The notes below the pieces were generated by a model. It was given only the letters and a program-made list of their open reading frames with translations, did not search any database and was not told the origin of the DNA. Positions 10,420 through 22,005 of a stretch of 50,032 nucleotides of DNA are shown one piece after another (position 1 is the stretch's first letter; every line of letters starts with the position of its first letter). This DNA is from Cyanophora paradoxa CCMP329 (Eukaryota; Plantae; Glaucophyta). The stretch lies in the NCBI GenBank assembly GCA_004431415.1, contig QPMI01000001.1, positions 1-50,032 of the forward strand. Reading direction: 5' to 3'. A program made the position numbers and the translations under genes.

Positions 10420-12503
10420 TCAGTTCTTCAGGACGTCGACGTCGGACGGGAGGGGCGCGAGGACGGCCTCGAAGAAGGCGGGCGGGGCCACGGCCGCGGG
10501 GTCGATGCGCCCCGCCGCCAGCGCCGCCGCCGCCACGTCGTTGAACGCCGCGGCGTAGCCGGCGAGGGCGGAGCGGAGGGCGGCGGGGCCGAGGGGCAGG
10601 GGCAGGGGCAGGGCGGCGAGGGCGGCGGCGGCGCGGGAGTGTGGGTGGAGCTCGAGGGCGCAGCGGGGGAGGTAGAGGTGCTCGCGCACGCCGCAGTTGG
10701 CGGCGAGATCGAGGCGGAGGAGGGCGGCGCGGAGGCAGAGGGCGTGGAACTCGGCGCGGTAGGCGTCCGCCCCCGCGCCCCGCGCCAGCAGCTCGAAGAC
10801 CTCGGCAAAGAAGGCAGCCTGCTCCTCGGGGCGATACTCGGGCCCGCGGTGGCGCCCCCGCTCGGGCCCCAGCACGCGCCGCAGCTCCAGCTCCAGCTCG
10901 GAGGCGGCGGGGCGGGCGGCGTCCGTGGCGCGGCGCGGGGAGGCGTCCCACAGGAGGGCCCCCTCGGCGTGCGCGGGGGCCAGCTCCGAGCCCACGAGGT
11001 AGCGCGCCAGCGGGGCCAGCGCCGCCCCTTCCTTGTACTCCGCCACCCCGCAGTCCAGCTTGCGCAGCCTATAGCTAGCTCCGGGTCCGGGGCCGCCCTC
11101 GGGGGCGTAGACGACGAACTTGCCCTCGGAGGGGACGAGGAAGGGGCGGGGGCCCCCTCCGGGGCCGGAGCCGGAGGCGAGCTGGAGGACGGCGGCCTGG
11201 ACGCGGCCGCGGGCGGCGGGGTCGCCGGGGGGGAGGAGGAAGGCAGCGTCGAGGTCCGCGGTGGGGCCCGCGTCGCCCCGGGCGTACGAGCCGAGGGCCA
11301 CCAGCCCCACCGCCCCTTCGCCTGCAGCCGCCGCCCGCAGCCGCCCCGCCCAGCGGTCCAGCTCGGCGCTCCTGGACGGGGCCTGCGATCCAATTTAGAC
11401 TCTGAGTAAGGCCAGGGCGTTGGAGAGGCTTGAAGCAACCTGGGGGAAGGGCGCGGGGGCAAGCTCAGGGAGGGGGCAGGAGCGGCCGCCGGCGAAGTAG
11501 AGGAGGGTGGCGCGGCGGGTGCAGGCGACGGGGGCCCCGCTGGCGGCGATGGCGAGGAGCCAGGAGCCGTCCTCCGTGACGCCGGGCGGGGGCGGCGCCT
11601 CGGGCCAGGGGCAGACGTCCCGCACGAAGCGCGTGCGGGCCATCCACTCGCTCGTGTCCACCGTTGCCGCCCCGTACCTGCCGGCGGCGACTCGCTGGAT
11701 CAGCGAGGGCCGAGCTTGGGGCGGGGCGGGGGCGGAGGGCACGGGAAGGGCTCGGCGCGGGTGGTGTCGCGCATGACGTCGCTGCCCGCCTGCAGGACCC
11801 CCCGCCGCCGCATGGCCTCGAGCGCGAGCGCCTCTTGGTCCGCGTCGGAGGCCCAGGGGAAGCGGTCGGGGAGGGGCTGGCCGGCGGCGTCGAGGAGGCG
11901 GCGCCAGGAGTGGGCGAGGGGCGGGGCGCCGGGGGCGGAGAGCGCGTCGTGGAGGGACTGGAGGTGGCCCTCGAGGAGGACGTTGTCGTCGTCGAGGAAG
12001 GCGACGAAGCGCGTGCGCGCCGCCCGCACCCCCGCGTTCCGCAGCCGCGCCAGCCGCGCCGAGACCGACCGCGAGGGCTCGAGCTCGGCGCCGCCGAGCT
12101 CGATCGCGAGATCGGCCGGCCCCGTCCGCTCCTCGCGCTCCACGTCGATGAAAGTAAGGGAGGGGACGGCGCGCAGCTCGGGGAGGGCGGTCGTCGCGGG
12201 GCAGCCGTCGCCGAGGACGAGGTGCTCGATGGGGACGCGCGTCGCGGCGCGCTGGGCGGCGACGGAGGCCACCGCCCGGCGCAGCAGCGTCTCCGGGCGG
12301 CCCCGCGTCACCGTGATCACCGTGATGCCGTCGGGCAGCTCCTCGAGCTCATCAAGCGGCTCGGCCGCGGCGGCGGTTGGCCCCGCGTTGCGATCGTGCG
12401 CGAACTCCGAGTTATCCGCCTGTTGCGCGCACGGATCGGAGAGCGTCAGCTGCGCATTCGTAGATCTAGATCTAGATCAAGATCGACACAGCACGTGCAC
12501 CAT
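10420..12503 (-). CDS. GT2 (GT-A) glycosyltransferase fused to a Pol-beta-superfamily nucleotidyltransferase plus helical domain, ~636 aa, 3 introns
   Basis: Removing GT-AG introns 12500-12450, 11742-11678 and 11439-11383 gives one open frame: ITVITVTRGRP...FVAFLDDDN...VDTSEW...TED...YFAGGRS, then LVALGSYARGDAGPTADLDAAF...KLDCGV and a helical C-terminus. Confidence 0.85.
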
Positions 12504-12831
12504 AGCGATGCTCTTGATCTCTCCGCTGATGCTCGCGGGCGGCTAGCCAGCGCTGTATACGTAGCCGCGACCGGCCTCAATTTTTTTCATTCGGCCCAAC
12601 TTTCGACCCAACCGCTCGCGATCGCGATCGAAAGTTCGATCGCGAATTCGAGCGCGGCTGCAGCGGTTACGCTAGCGCTGGCGCTGAACGGCGCTAAGCT
12701 TAATAATTTCAACGTGAACAGGCCCTGCACTCTGGGCTAGGGGCGCGCAGGACAAGCTAGCCTAGTAGAGGTGAACTGGCAGCCGCGCGCCTCGCTCGGA
12801 GGCGTGCTAGCGCTGCGCGCAGGAGCCGGCG

Positions 12832-15277
12832 CTAGCTGCGGGGCCGGAGGTTGCGGGCGAAGACGCCGAGGGTCGTCAGCGCCTCCACGGCGGGGCGCAG
12901 CGCCTCGCCCGCCGCCCGCAGCGACCCCAGCGGGCCCGGCCGCCCCGACTCCCCCGCTGCGCCGGCGCCCTCGGCGGGGGCGAAGAAAGGGGCCGGCGCG
13001 GGGCCGGGCGGGGCGCACGGTTCAAGGGGGCGCCGTCGTGCCGCTCGACGGAGCAGCCGGCGAGCAGGTCGGCCGGCCACGCCTCCCGCGACTTCTGGAT
13101 GGAGCCCAGCTGCCCGGGGGCGGGACCGTCAGCCCGGCCCGGCCCGGCGAGTCTGGGCCGGGGCGGGGCGGGGCGGGGCGGCCTGTCACCCATCTGCGGA
13201 TGCGCTCGTGCTCGAGGTCGGGGCCGGCCCAGCGCTCCCAGTCGCGCTTGGTGGGGACGCTGCCCCCCGGGAAGGCCCCCACGAGGTCCGCCCCGGGCCA
13301 CACCACCGAGCAGTGCTCTGCCCCCAGCCGCGACGCGCTCGAGGGTCGGGCGTGGGGCGCGGGGCGCGGGGCGCGGGGCGCGCACCGAAGCAGGCGGGGT
13401 GGGGCCTCTTGCCGGGCACCCAGACTGCAGGTCAGGAGAGGCGACGTGAGCGGCAGCAGCGGGGCGGGGCGGGGCGGGGCGGGGCGGGGCGGGGCGGGCC
13501 GTCCATCCAGGTGGCCTTGACGTTGCGGGAGTGGCTCAGCAGCAGCGCCGGCGCCTCGACCGCCACGTTCAGCTGCCCCCGCCGCGCCCCTCAGCGGCTC
13601 GCTCGAGTGCACCGCGATGGGGGCGGCACCTGGTAGTCCGCCAGGCCGCCATCGACTGCGGCGCGAAGGGGGGCGCGCCGGCTCAGCGCGGGGCGGAGGA
13701 AGGGGAAGGGCGGGACCGCACTGTAGAGGCCGGGGCCCGTCCCCGGGATCTCCGTCACCGGCTCGATGATGAACGGGATCGCTGCCGGGAGCGGAGGCTC
13801 GGGTCAGGTCGGGGGGCTGGGCTCGAGGCGGCGCCCGCCCCGCGCGCACCGCAGCTGGCGTGGAGGGCGGGGCGGAAGTTCTCCGGGGTCAGCCGGTAGA
13901 ACTGGAGCTCTGCGGGCGGGGGCGGGCGTGAGTGAGGGGCCGTGGGCGGGGCCGGGGGCGGGCAGAGGGGGCGGGGGCGTGCCGACGGGGCTGTTCTGGA
14001 CGCGGTGGAGGAGGGCGGAGGGCGGCTCCGGGCCCGTGTAGAAGCACAGCCGCTCGTACAGCAGCACCTGCCCGCCCCGCGCCCCTCGGATCCCGGCGCG
14101 CGGCGCGGGGCGGGCGGCGGGCGCGCCTGGAGCCTCGCGCCGGCCGCGCCGGCGTAGTTCCCGATCAGGAACGGCGTCCCTGCCAGCTTCTGCAGCACGG
14201 GGGAGAGGCTCCCCGCCCACTCCTTCACGCGCGACACGAGGATGCAGAGGCTGCACGTGGTACGTCGACCGAAGGAAACGGGGGTACGTGCACGGACGGG
14301 GCGGGGGGTACCTGTGCGGGTTCTCGGGGGAGAGGAGCGCGGCGACGCGCTCGGGCTCGCAGAGGGCGTCCAGCGTACGGCCGAACTCGGCCTGTGGGGG
14401 GTACGGGCTGAGTTGGGGGTACGGGCACGTCGGTGGGCGGGACGGGGGTAGGGGCGAACCGTCGTGCGCGGCGGAAGGTCGCCCTTCGCGTACCGGATCC
14501 CGGCGTACCGCTCCTCTTTCGCGCGCGTACCCGGTGAGGCGGGAAGGGTACGCGCAGGAAGCGGCGGGGGTACCAAAGACGGAGGTGATGTCCTGGTTGA
14601 ACATACGGGAGAGGAGGAGGGCCGTGAACCGCAGGGCGCCCGCCGACGCGCCGATGAAGTACTGCGACGGGGCCGCGGTCCCCGGTCAGCGAACGCAGTG
14701 CTGGTCCGCGTTTCCGCTCTCTGGCTGCGGGAGCGCGGGCGCTGCCAGGCTGGGTGCATAATACACTACATATGCGTCGAACCTTTCGTCCCGTCAGCTC
14801 CGCATGCCGCGCCGCGTGCCTGCGCGCAGGGCTTGGACAAGATAATATTCTGGACGGCAGAGGGATGAGCACTCGAAGCCGGCTGTTGCGCAGAACTTGG
14901 GACCGCTCGCGGGGCCGAAGAAGACCTGCGCAGCGAGCTCGTCAGGCCTCAGCCGCGGGCAGCGCCGCACGGCAGCGCTGCGGCCGGCGTGTCAAGCCTT
15001 CACGCCGACTTCAAACGGCGCCGGGGCGACGGCGGGCGCCTAATGGATGCGCTTATCTCGGAGATCTAACGATGGTTTTCGTTTCTGCTTCTAGATCCTG
15101 GGGCGCCGCGGCGCTTGCACGGAACGACAGCCGGACGCGACCGGCTCGGGCAGCCCGATACCGCCGCGCAATTAACGGGCGGAAGCGCACATTGAAGTAG
15201 TCGAGGCCACGCTCGGCGAGCCGCTCGCGTTCGAGGCGAGACAGCGACAACGCCTGGCTCAGCCGAAGTCGGTACAT
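12832..15277 (-). CDS. Multi-exon patatin-like phospholipase/acyl hydrolase of a bacterial-type subfamily
   Basis: Exons VFFGPASGPKF (Gly-rich loop), YFIGASAGALRF (GxSxG nucleophile), ALHASC|IPFIIEPVTEIPGTGPGLY|DGGLADYQ (DGG catalytic Asp), KATWMD and FPGGSVPTKRDW...ERIRRW. The start (MYRLRL...LAERGLDYFN) is tentative. Confidence 0.8.
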
Positions 15278-15529
15278 TGGAGCCCTGCGCCCTCGAAGCC
15301 GGCTGAGCGACGGGAGGGCGCGCAGGGCGCTCGGCGGAACGACCAGCTGCTTGTTGCCGGGGTATGTCAAATCGTGCACATTTTGGGTCCGGCCGATCCT
15401 GCCTCTTTCACGCAGCTCGAGCAGTGTCGTGCGAATCGTGAGACGGTATCTCACATCGTCAAGGTCTCCAAAAGTAGCTGAGCACCCTCGGGTCGCAGCA
15501 GCTTCCTCGCTTAAAGGCCGTAGCTAGCC

Positions 15530-18500
15530 ATGTCGGCTGAAGAGGAGGCCCCGCCGGTAGCGGCGGATCCTCCAGCAGACCCGCCCGCAGCCGCAGAACC
15601 CGCAGCCGCGGAACCCGCAGCTGATGCGCCCGCCGACGCCGCTTCAGAACCAGCACCCGCCCCAGCGGACGAGGCTCCTGCGCCTGCAGATACGGTAGCA
15701 CCTCCTTCAGAAGCCGAGCCGCCAGCCCCCGACGCGCCGCCAGCTGGTGACGCGCCTCCCGCGCCCGAGCAACCTGCGGCCCCCGAAGCCGCTCCCGAGG
15801 CGGCCCCCGAAGCAGCTCCCGAAGCAGCTCCCGAAACAGCTCCCGAAACAGGTCCCGAGGCGGCTCCCGAGGCTCCCGCCGCCGAAGCAGAGCCCGAAAA
15901 ACCCAAAGAAGCCGAGCCCGAGAAGCCTGCGGAGGCAGCGGAGGCCGAGGCCGAGGCGCCCCCAGCGGCCGCCGACGAGGCCGCCGCTGCTGGCGAGCCA
16001 ACGCTGGATGCCGGGGAGGGCGAGTCCTCGGCCCCTCCTCCCGCTCCGGACGCAGCCGCCGCCCCGCGCTCCGCTGCAAAGCCGCCGGCACACGACCCGC
16101 CCGCGGGCGTCCCCGGAGCCGCTGCGGTTCGCTCCCGGGCCCCTGTCGGTCAATCGTCGCATCTCACGCTCAAAGCAGGGCGGAGCGGATGCCGAGCACG
16201 CCGCGACTCAGATCCAGAAGGTGTACCGCGGGCACCGCACTCGCTCGCAGATGCAGCAGAACAAGGAGGCGCAGGCCCGCACCCGGCGTTCCTTTCGTAT
16301 TCCTTTTCCATGACTGAGGCGGGTCGCGCAGGACCGGAAGGGGCTGGACGCCTCGGGCCAGCCGCCCGTGCCGCCCCCCGACGACGGGAAGAAGGGCGGC
16401 GCGCCCGAGGGCAAGGAGCGTCCGAAGGGGCCCAAGCCCGAGCAGCGCTTCGAGTCGGCCAACGTGAACCAGGCGCGGCCGCCGCCGGCGTCTCGCGCCC
16501 GCCCCCCGGCAGCGGCCGCTGACGGGCGCGCAGGCGTACCACCTGCCGAGCCTGAGCCTGCCGAAGCTGAACGCGCACCAGTCCGCCGCCGAGCGCGTCG
16601 ACGAGGTCGCCTCGCAGTACAAGCCCGACCAGGCGAGCGCCCCCCTCCCTCCCCGCCCCGCCTGGCCCCGCCGCTGAGCGCCGGCCCCGCAGCGCGCGCC
16701 ACCGGCGGCGCCGCCGCGGATGCGGGCGGAGCTGCGCTCGGTGCACGCGGGCAGGCGCCGGCGCTCACCTCGCAGCCCTCGACGGACCCCTTCGTCGCGG
16801 CCGCCGCCGCCGTCGCCGCCGGCCTCTCCCCGCCGGGCTTCCCGCGCCCAACCGGCCCAGGAGCCGCCCGCAGGAGCCAGGCGCCCTCTTCCCGCGCCCC
16901 GCCCGCAGCGGCAGCGCCGGCTGACTGCGGCGCAGGAGCTCAACCTGGTCTCCTCGACGGACTCGCCGACGGCGGTGCTGGAGCAGATCCGGCGCGCCCG
17001 CGCCAAGGGCGAGCAGATGCGCACCCTCGGCCGCGACGGCGCCTCCGCCGCCCAGGCCGCCCCGGGCACCTCCTCCCCGAGGCGAGCAGGGCCCTGGCCC
17101 GCGCCCCCGCCCCCGCCCCGCCCCGCCTGACGCCGGCGCCCCGCTCAGGTCTCGCCGGGCGGGCCGGCGCCGCCTGCGCCCAGCAGCCGGACCCCGACCT
17201 GGGCGCCATGAGGCGCCGCCCCATGCCCCCGACCCAGAAGGCGCGCCCCGCCCGCCGCGCGGGAAGGCGGGCGGGGCTGACCGGCGTGCGGGGGCGGCAG
17301 GAGCGGGAGGCCGCGTCGCTGCGGGTGGAGGTGGCGGTGGGCGGGAACACGCCTCTCGCCCCCCAGACCTTCCTCGTCCCCGCCGTCCCCTCGGCGAACG
17401 CGGGGCGGAAGCTGAGGCGCCGCTCTCGCCGCTGGAGGAGCGCGTGCAGGCGCGCAACCGCGCCATCGACCGCTACGAGGACGAGGTCGGCCGGCGCCCG
17501 CCCCGCCCGGCGCCCTGCGTCTTCTGATCGCGCTCGCCCCTCGCGCGCAGGTGCGTCGCTCGGGCGAGGCGGCGGCGCAGCCGCGCGGGAGCGGGCGGCG
17601 TCGAAGGAGAACATCGCCGCGGTGCCCGCTCGTACAGCAAGGAGGCCATCGCCCCGCCCAGGCGAGCGCGGCCGGGGCGCACGCGCGCCCACGCGCCCGC
17701 CCGCCCCGCTGAGCCGCCTCGCCGGCAGGTCCTTCAGCAAGGACGAGGGCGCCCCGGCGGGCCCGCCCCGCTCGTACAGCAAGGACCTCGGTGCCCCCGC
17801 CCCTCGGACCGCGACCGTGATCGGGACCGCGACCGCGACCGGGACCGCGATCGTGAGCGGGATCGTGAGCGGGAGCGCGATCGGGAGGCCGCGAGAAGGA
17901 CAAGGGCGAGCCCCGCCCCCGGCCCCACCCCTACCGCCGCCCTCTCACGCGGGGCGGGGGCCGGCGCGCAGAGCGGGCGCGGCGGCGCCTGATCGACGCG
18001 GAGGACGCCGGGGCGGGCGCCGGCGCCGCCCCGCCCTCCTCGACCGGCCCCTCGTCGCCGCCGCCGCCGCCGCCAAGGTCCCGCCCGCCCCCGCCCCCTC
18101 CCCGCTTCCCTGCGCCGGCCGAGGCCCCGGGCCGCAGGGGAAGGACCGGTACACGCCGGACTACGGCGAGCCGGCCCCGAAGTACGGGCGGCGCGCCGCC
18201 GACGACGGCTACGCCGAGCGCCCCCGCGGCGACCGCGACCGCGAGCGGGAGCGGGAGCGGGAGCGGCCGGAGCGCTCGTACGAGCGGGACTACGACTACG
18301 ACTACGAGGGGCGCGGGAAGCGGCGGGAGGAGGCGGCCCCGCGGCGGGAGGAGCGCTCCGCGGGCGGGCGCGACCGCGACCGCGACGGGGCCTACGCCGG
18401 TGCTCCCCGCCCGTCCCCTCCCGGCGCGCGCGCCCTGCCGGCGGCCGCTGACGGGCGGCGCGGGCGCAGCGGACCGGGAGAAGGGCCGCTACGCGGAGCC

Positions 18501-20655
18501 CGAGCGGGAGCGGGAGCGGGAGCGGGGCCGCTACGACGCGGAGCCGGCCGCCGGCGTCGGCCGCTACGCCGACCGCGACCGCGACCGCGACCGCGAGCGG
18601 GGTGCGCTGCTCGCGGGCCCGGCGGGGGCGCCGCCGCGCGGGGCGCCGGCTCACCCGCGCCCACGCCCCCGCGCAGAGCGGGATCCGTACTCGGACCGCC
18701 AGCCCGAGCGCGAGCGCGACCGCGAGCGCGAGCGCGGTGCGGCCGGCCTCGCCGCCTCGCCTCGCCTCCCCTCGCTGAGACCGCCCTCGCCGCAGACCGG
18801 GACCGGCGTGACCGCGAGCGGGAGCGGGAGCGGGAGCGGGACCCGTACCTCAGCGCGCCGGCGGAGAACCGGCGGCGCGACCGCGACCGGGACGCGGCGG
18901 GGCCCGAGGAGGAGGCGGGCCCGCGCTACGGGCGCCGCGCCGGCGGCAGCGCGGGGGCCCGCCGCGACGAGGCCGGCGCCGACCCCTCCCCGCCCGCTCC
19001 TCGGAGGACGCCGGGGGCTACGCCAAGCGCGCCCCGCCGCCGCGCTACGACTCGTACGCGGAGTACGGGGCGCGGGGGGCGGCGGCCCCCGCCTCGAAGG
19101 GCAAGCTGCGGGAGGACTACGAGGCGGCGGCGCCCAAGGGCAAGGCCGCGCCCGTGCCGCCCTCGCCGGGGGCCGAGGCCCTGCGCCGCAACGTCGCCCA
19201 GACGATGGCCGTCGTCGACGAGGTCCGCCCCCGCCCGCCCCGCCCCGCCCGCCCGGCGCTCACCCCGCCGGCCCGGCCCGGCAGCTCTCCAAGCCGGCGG
19301 CCGGAGCGCCGGCGAAGCGCGCCCCGGCGGCGGCGGCGGCGGCGGCGCCGTCGTCCCAGGCCGCGGCGGCGCCGGCGGCGGGCCGGCGGGCGCCGGCCTC
19401 CAACGCAGGGGCGGCCGTCGCAGCGCCGGCGGGCGGGGGCGGCCAGGCGGGCGCCGGGTTCCTCTCCTGGGAGGACCTCGACCGCCTCAGCTACGAGGAC
19501 CTCCAGTCGGTCCGCGCCCCGTACCCCCTCGCGCTTCCCCACTTCCCCCCCCCTCGCGCTCACCTGACCTCTCGGGACGCAGAACGCGTACGCGTTCGAC
19601 GGGTACCGCAACCGCGCGGGGCGCGGGGCGGCGGGGGCGGGGGCGGCGCCCGGCGGGGCGCCGATGCAGGCGGGGCGGGCCTCCTGGCGGCTCCCTCGGC
19701 CAAGCCCAGCGGCCCGCCCTCCCCGGGCGCTCTCGCGGCGGCCCGCTACGGCGCCGGCGTCGGCGCCGGCGCTGCGGCCGGCGCGCCGCTCGCGAAGGCG
19801 CCGTCCTACGCCCCGATGGCCCCGGCCCCGAGCTACGCGCCCCCGCCGCCGGCAAACTACGCGTGGGGCACGCCCCGCAGGGCGCCGCCCCGGCCCCGGC
19901 GTACGGCGCCCCGCGGCGCCGCTCGACCGGCGCGAGTCGGCCGGCATGCGCTACAGCTCCGGGTCGGCCGCGGGGCCGGCGTCGGCGGCGTCGGCGGCGG
20001 GCGGGCCCCCGTGCCCCCGCCCCCTTCTACGACGCGGGCAGTACCGGAGCAACCCGGGGCGGCCCCCGCGGCCGCCGCGGCCCCGTACGGCCAGCGCGCC
20101 CCGTCGGCGCCCCGGGGCCGGCCCCGCGCGGCCAGCCCTCGGGCGCTGCGCCGCACCGGGGCGTGGCCCGGCGCCGCAGCCGTCGTACGCCCCAGCGGCG
20201 CCGCAGCCGGCGTACGCCCCGCGGCGCCGGCGGCAGCGGCGTACGGGGGGTGTACGGGGGCTACGGGGCGGGGCCGGGGGCGCGGGGCGGCGGTGGCGAC
20301 GTGGCAGCGGGGGACCAGCTGGAGCAGCAGCAGCGCTTCGCCTCCCGCGAGCGCTCCGACAACGTGCCCCGCCCGGCCCGATTTTAGCCCGGCAGGGCCC
20401 CTCGCCCCCTTCCTCGCCTCACGCCCGGCCGCAGGTGATCGCCCGCATGCAGCAGAGGCAGGAGGACGTCGTCCGCAAGAACGCGTACCCCACCGGCCCC
20501 GCGTACCCCGCGGCCGGGCCGGCCATACCCCCACGTACAGCAGTTACGGAGCCGGCATCGGTGCCCCGGCGCCCCCGTACGGAGGCTACAACTACCACTC
20601 GGGCGGCGGCGGCTACGCCCCGCCTCCGGATCCCTCGCAGCGCTACGGGTACTAA
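15530..20655 (+). CDS. Large multi-exon low-complexity protein with an IQ calmodulin-binding motif, an E/A/P-rich N-terminus, RD/RE repeats and a Y/P/A/G-rich C-terminus (could be two genes)
   Basis: MSAEEEAPP...; exon AATQIQKVYRGHRTR matches IQxxxRGxxxR; numerous introns; ends PPPDPSQRYGY* at 20655. Confidence 0.7.
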
Positions 20656-22005
20656 GTAGGGCGGCTGGCCGCGCATATATAGTGTAGGGCCTGGGGGAGT
20701 CTGCTTCTCCCCTGAAGCAGCGATTCCCCCGCTGCCTAGTTCGCCTTTATGATATCTAGCCGTAGGAGCTGTTCGCGAAACCTTAGGCCCCACCTCGAGC
20801 TCGTCTGCTGGGCTCGAACTGTGTGTATCAAGCCGAACGTTAACTGTGTAAATTGCCTGCTGCGCCGGCCATGCATTGTGTTGCAGTGCCAGCCCAGACC
20901 AGTGTCGCATGCGCATGCGCAGTGAGTCATGGCATCATATGCATGGCATGTGAGTCATATAGCCTCAGTAGTAGCTAGATCGGTCCCTCGAAGCTCGCGA
21001 ACTTTCGGAACGAGCTCCCGCGAAGAAAGGCATGGCCATGCCCAGGCAGCGCCTGCGAATTCGACTCGGCGAACAGCCTGGCAGCTGCCCGCGGCGGGGG
21101 CCACGATGCCAAACCAAGAATGCCGTGATCGATATCATGATGTCTAAACACAATTGCAATGATCGAGATTTGATGATGCATGCACTGGCTAATGGGCTAC
21201 CTTTGCGCAAACTTTAAGCAAGATCTACAAACCTAGGCCTAAGCCGAAAGTAGTACAGTACGACGGTAAACTACGGTCAACGTCTGCAATGCATATGCAG
21301 ATCTAGAGGTCAAAGACGAAACTTTTGAAATGCAGGCACAAATTAAAGCAAAGCAGACAAATAAGGCTACGTTACTGGTTCGCAAAGCAAGAAACGTAAG
21401 CAGAACATTTGGAAGCCGTCTGTGCAGACGTCGACGCCAGATATCTTTCATGATCATGATCATGATCAGGCCCTTCAAGGCTTGATCATGACGCTCACGG
21501 GGAAACCTAAGCTATCTCTGTCGGAGTTTACACGAGCCGCTGAGCGGGCGAAGCTTAACTCAGCTTAACTTAGCTAACCGATGATACCTATAGCTTGACT
21601 TACCTAACTCATGATCAGCCAATAGCTAATTCATGTGAGATACCTAGCGACACATTGTGATACCGTAGTACGTGCAACCTGTACAACATCGACACGGCGT
21701 GTACGTTGACCTAATAATAAGATTCCGAAACCTCACAGTACAAAGTCACACATGTATACAGCCAAAGGAAAATTTCGAGCCCGAAATCAGAGAGTTCTCA
21801 GAGTCGACGTCTTGCTATCTTGCATACCGACTCTGACGAAGACGTCGACGCATCCGATGGTCGTCGTCGCACTTCAACCAGATTGAGGACGCAGTTGCTC
21901 CGCCGCGGAGAGCTAGAGGGCGGGGTCGCGCGATCGGGCGAGGAAAGTAAAGGCCGAAACGGCCAAGCTCAACGAAGGAGGAGAGACGCGCAGCGGGCGC
22001 TAGAT

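Noticed and set aside
11678-11742. Apparent frameshift within the GT2 domain
   Set aside because: Explained by a 65-nt GT..GCTGAT..CAG intron giving EPFP-YGAATVDT.
15740-15880. 12-nt period repeats (GCTCCCGAAGCA-like)
   Set aside because: They encode APEA/APET low-complexity peptide repeats inside the IQ protein.
17800-18900. GACCGC/GAGCGG tandem repeats as a CRISPR or satellite array
   Set aside because: They are coding RD/RE dipeptide repeats with no constant repeat-spacer structure and no cas genes.
16368-20387. 1339-aa ORF and the many other long R/P/G/A-rich ORFs in 1-39 kb
   Set aside because: Shadow ORFs caused by very high GC and few stops. They read through introns and switch between real and nonsense frames.
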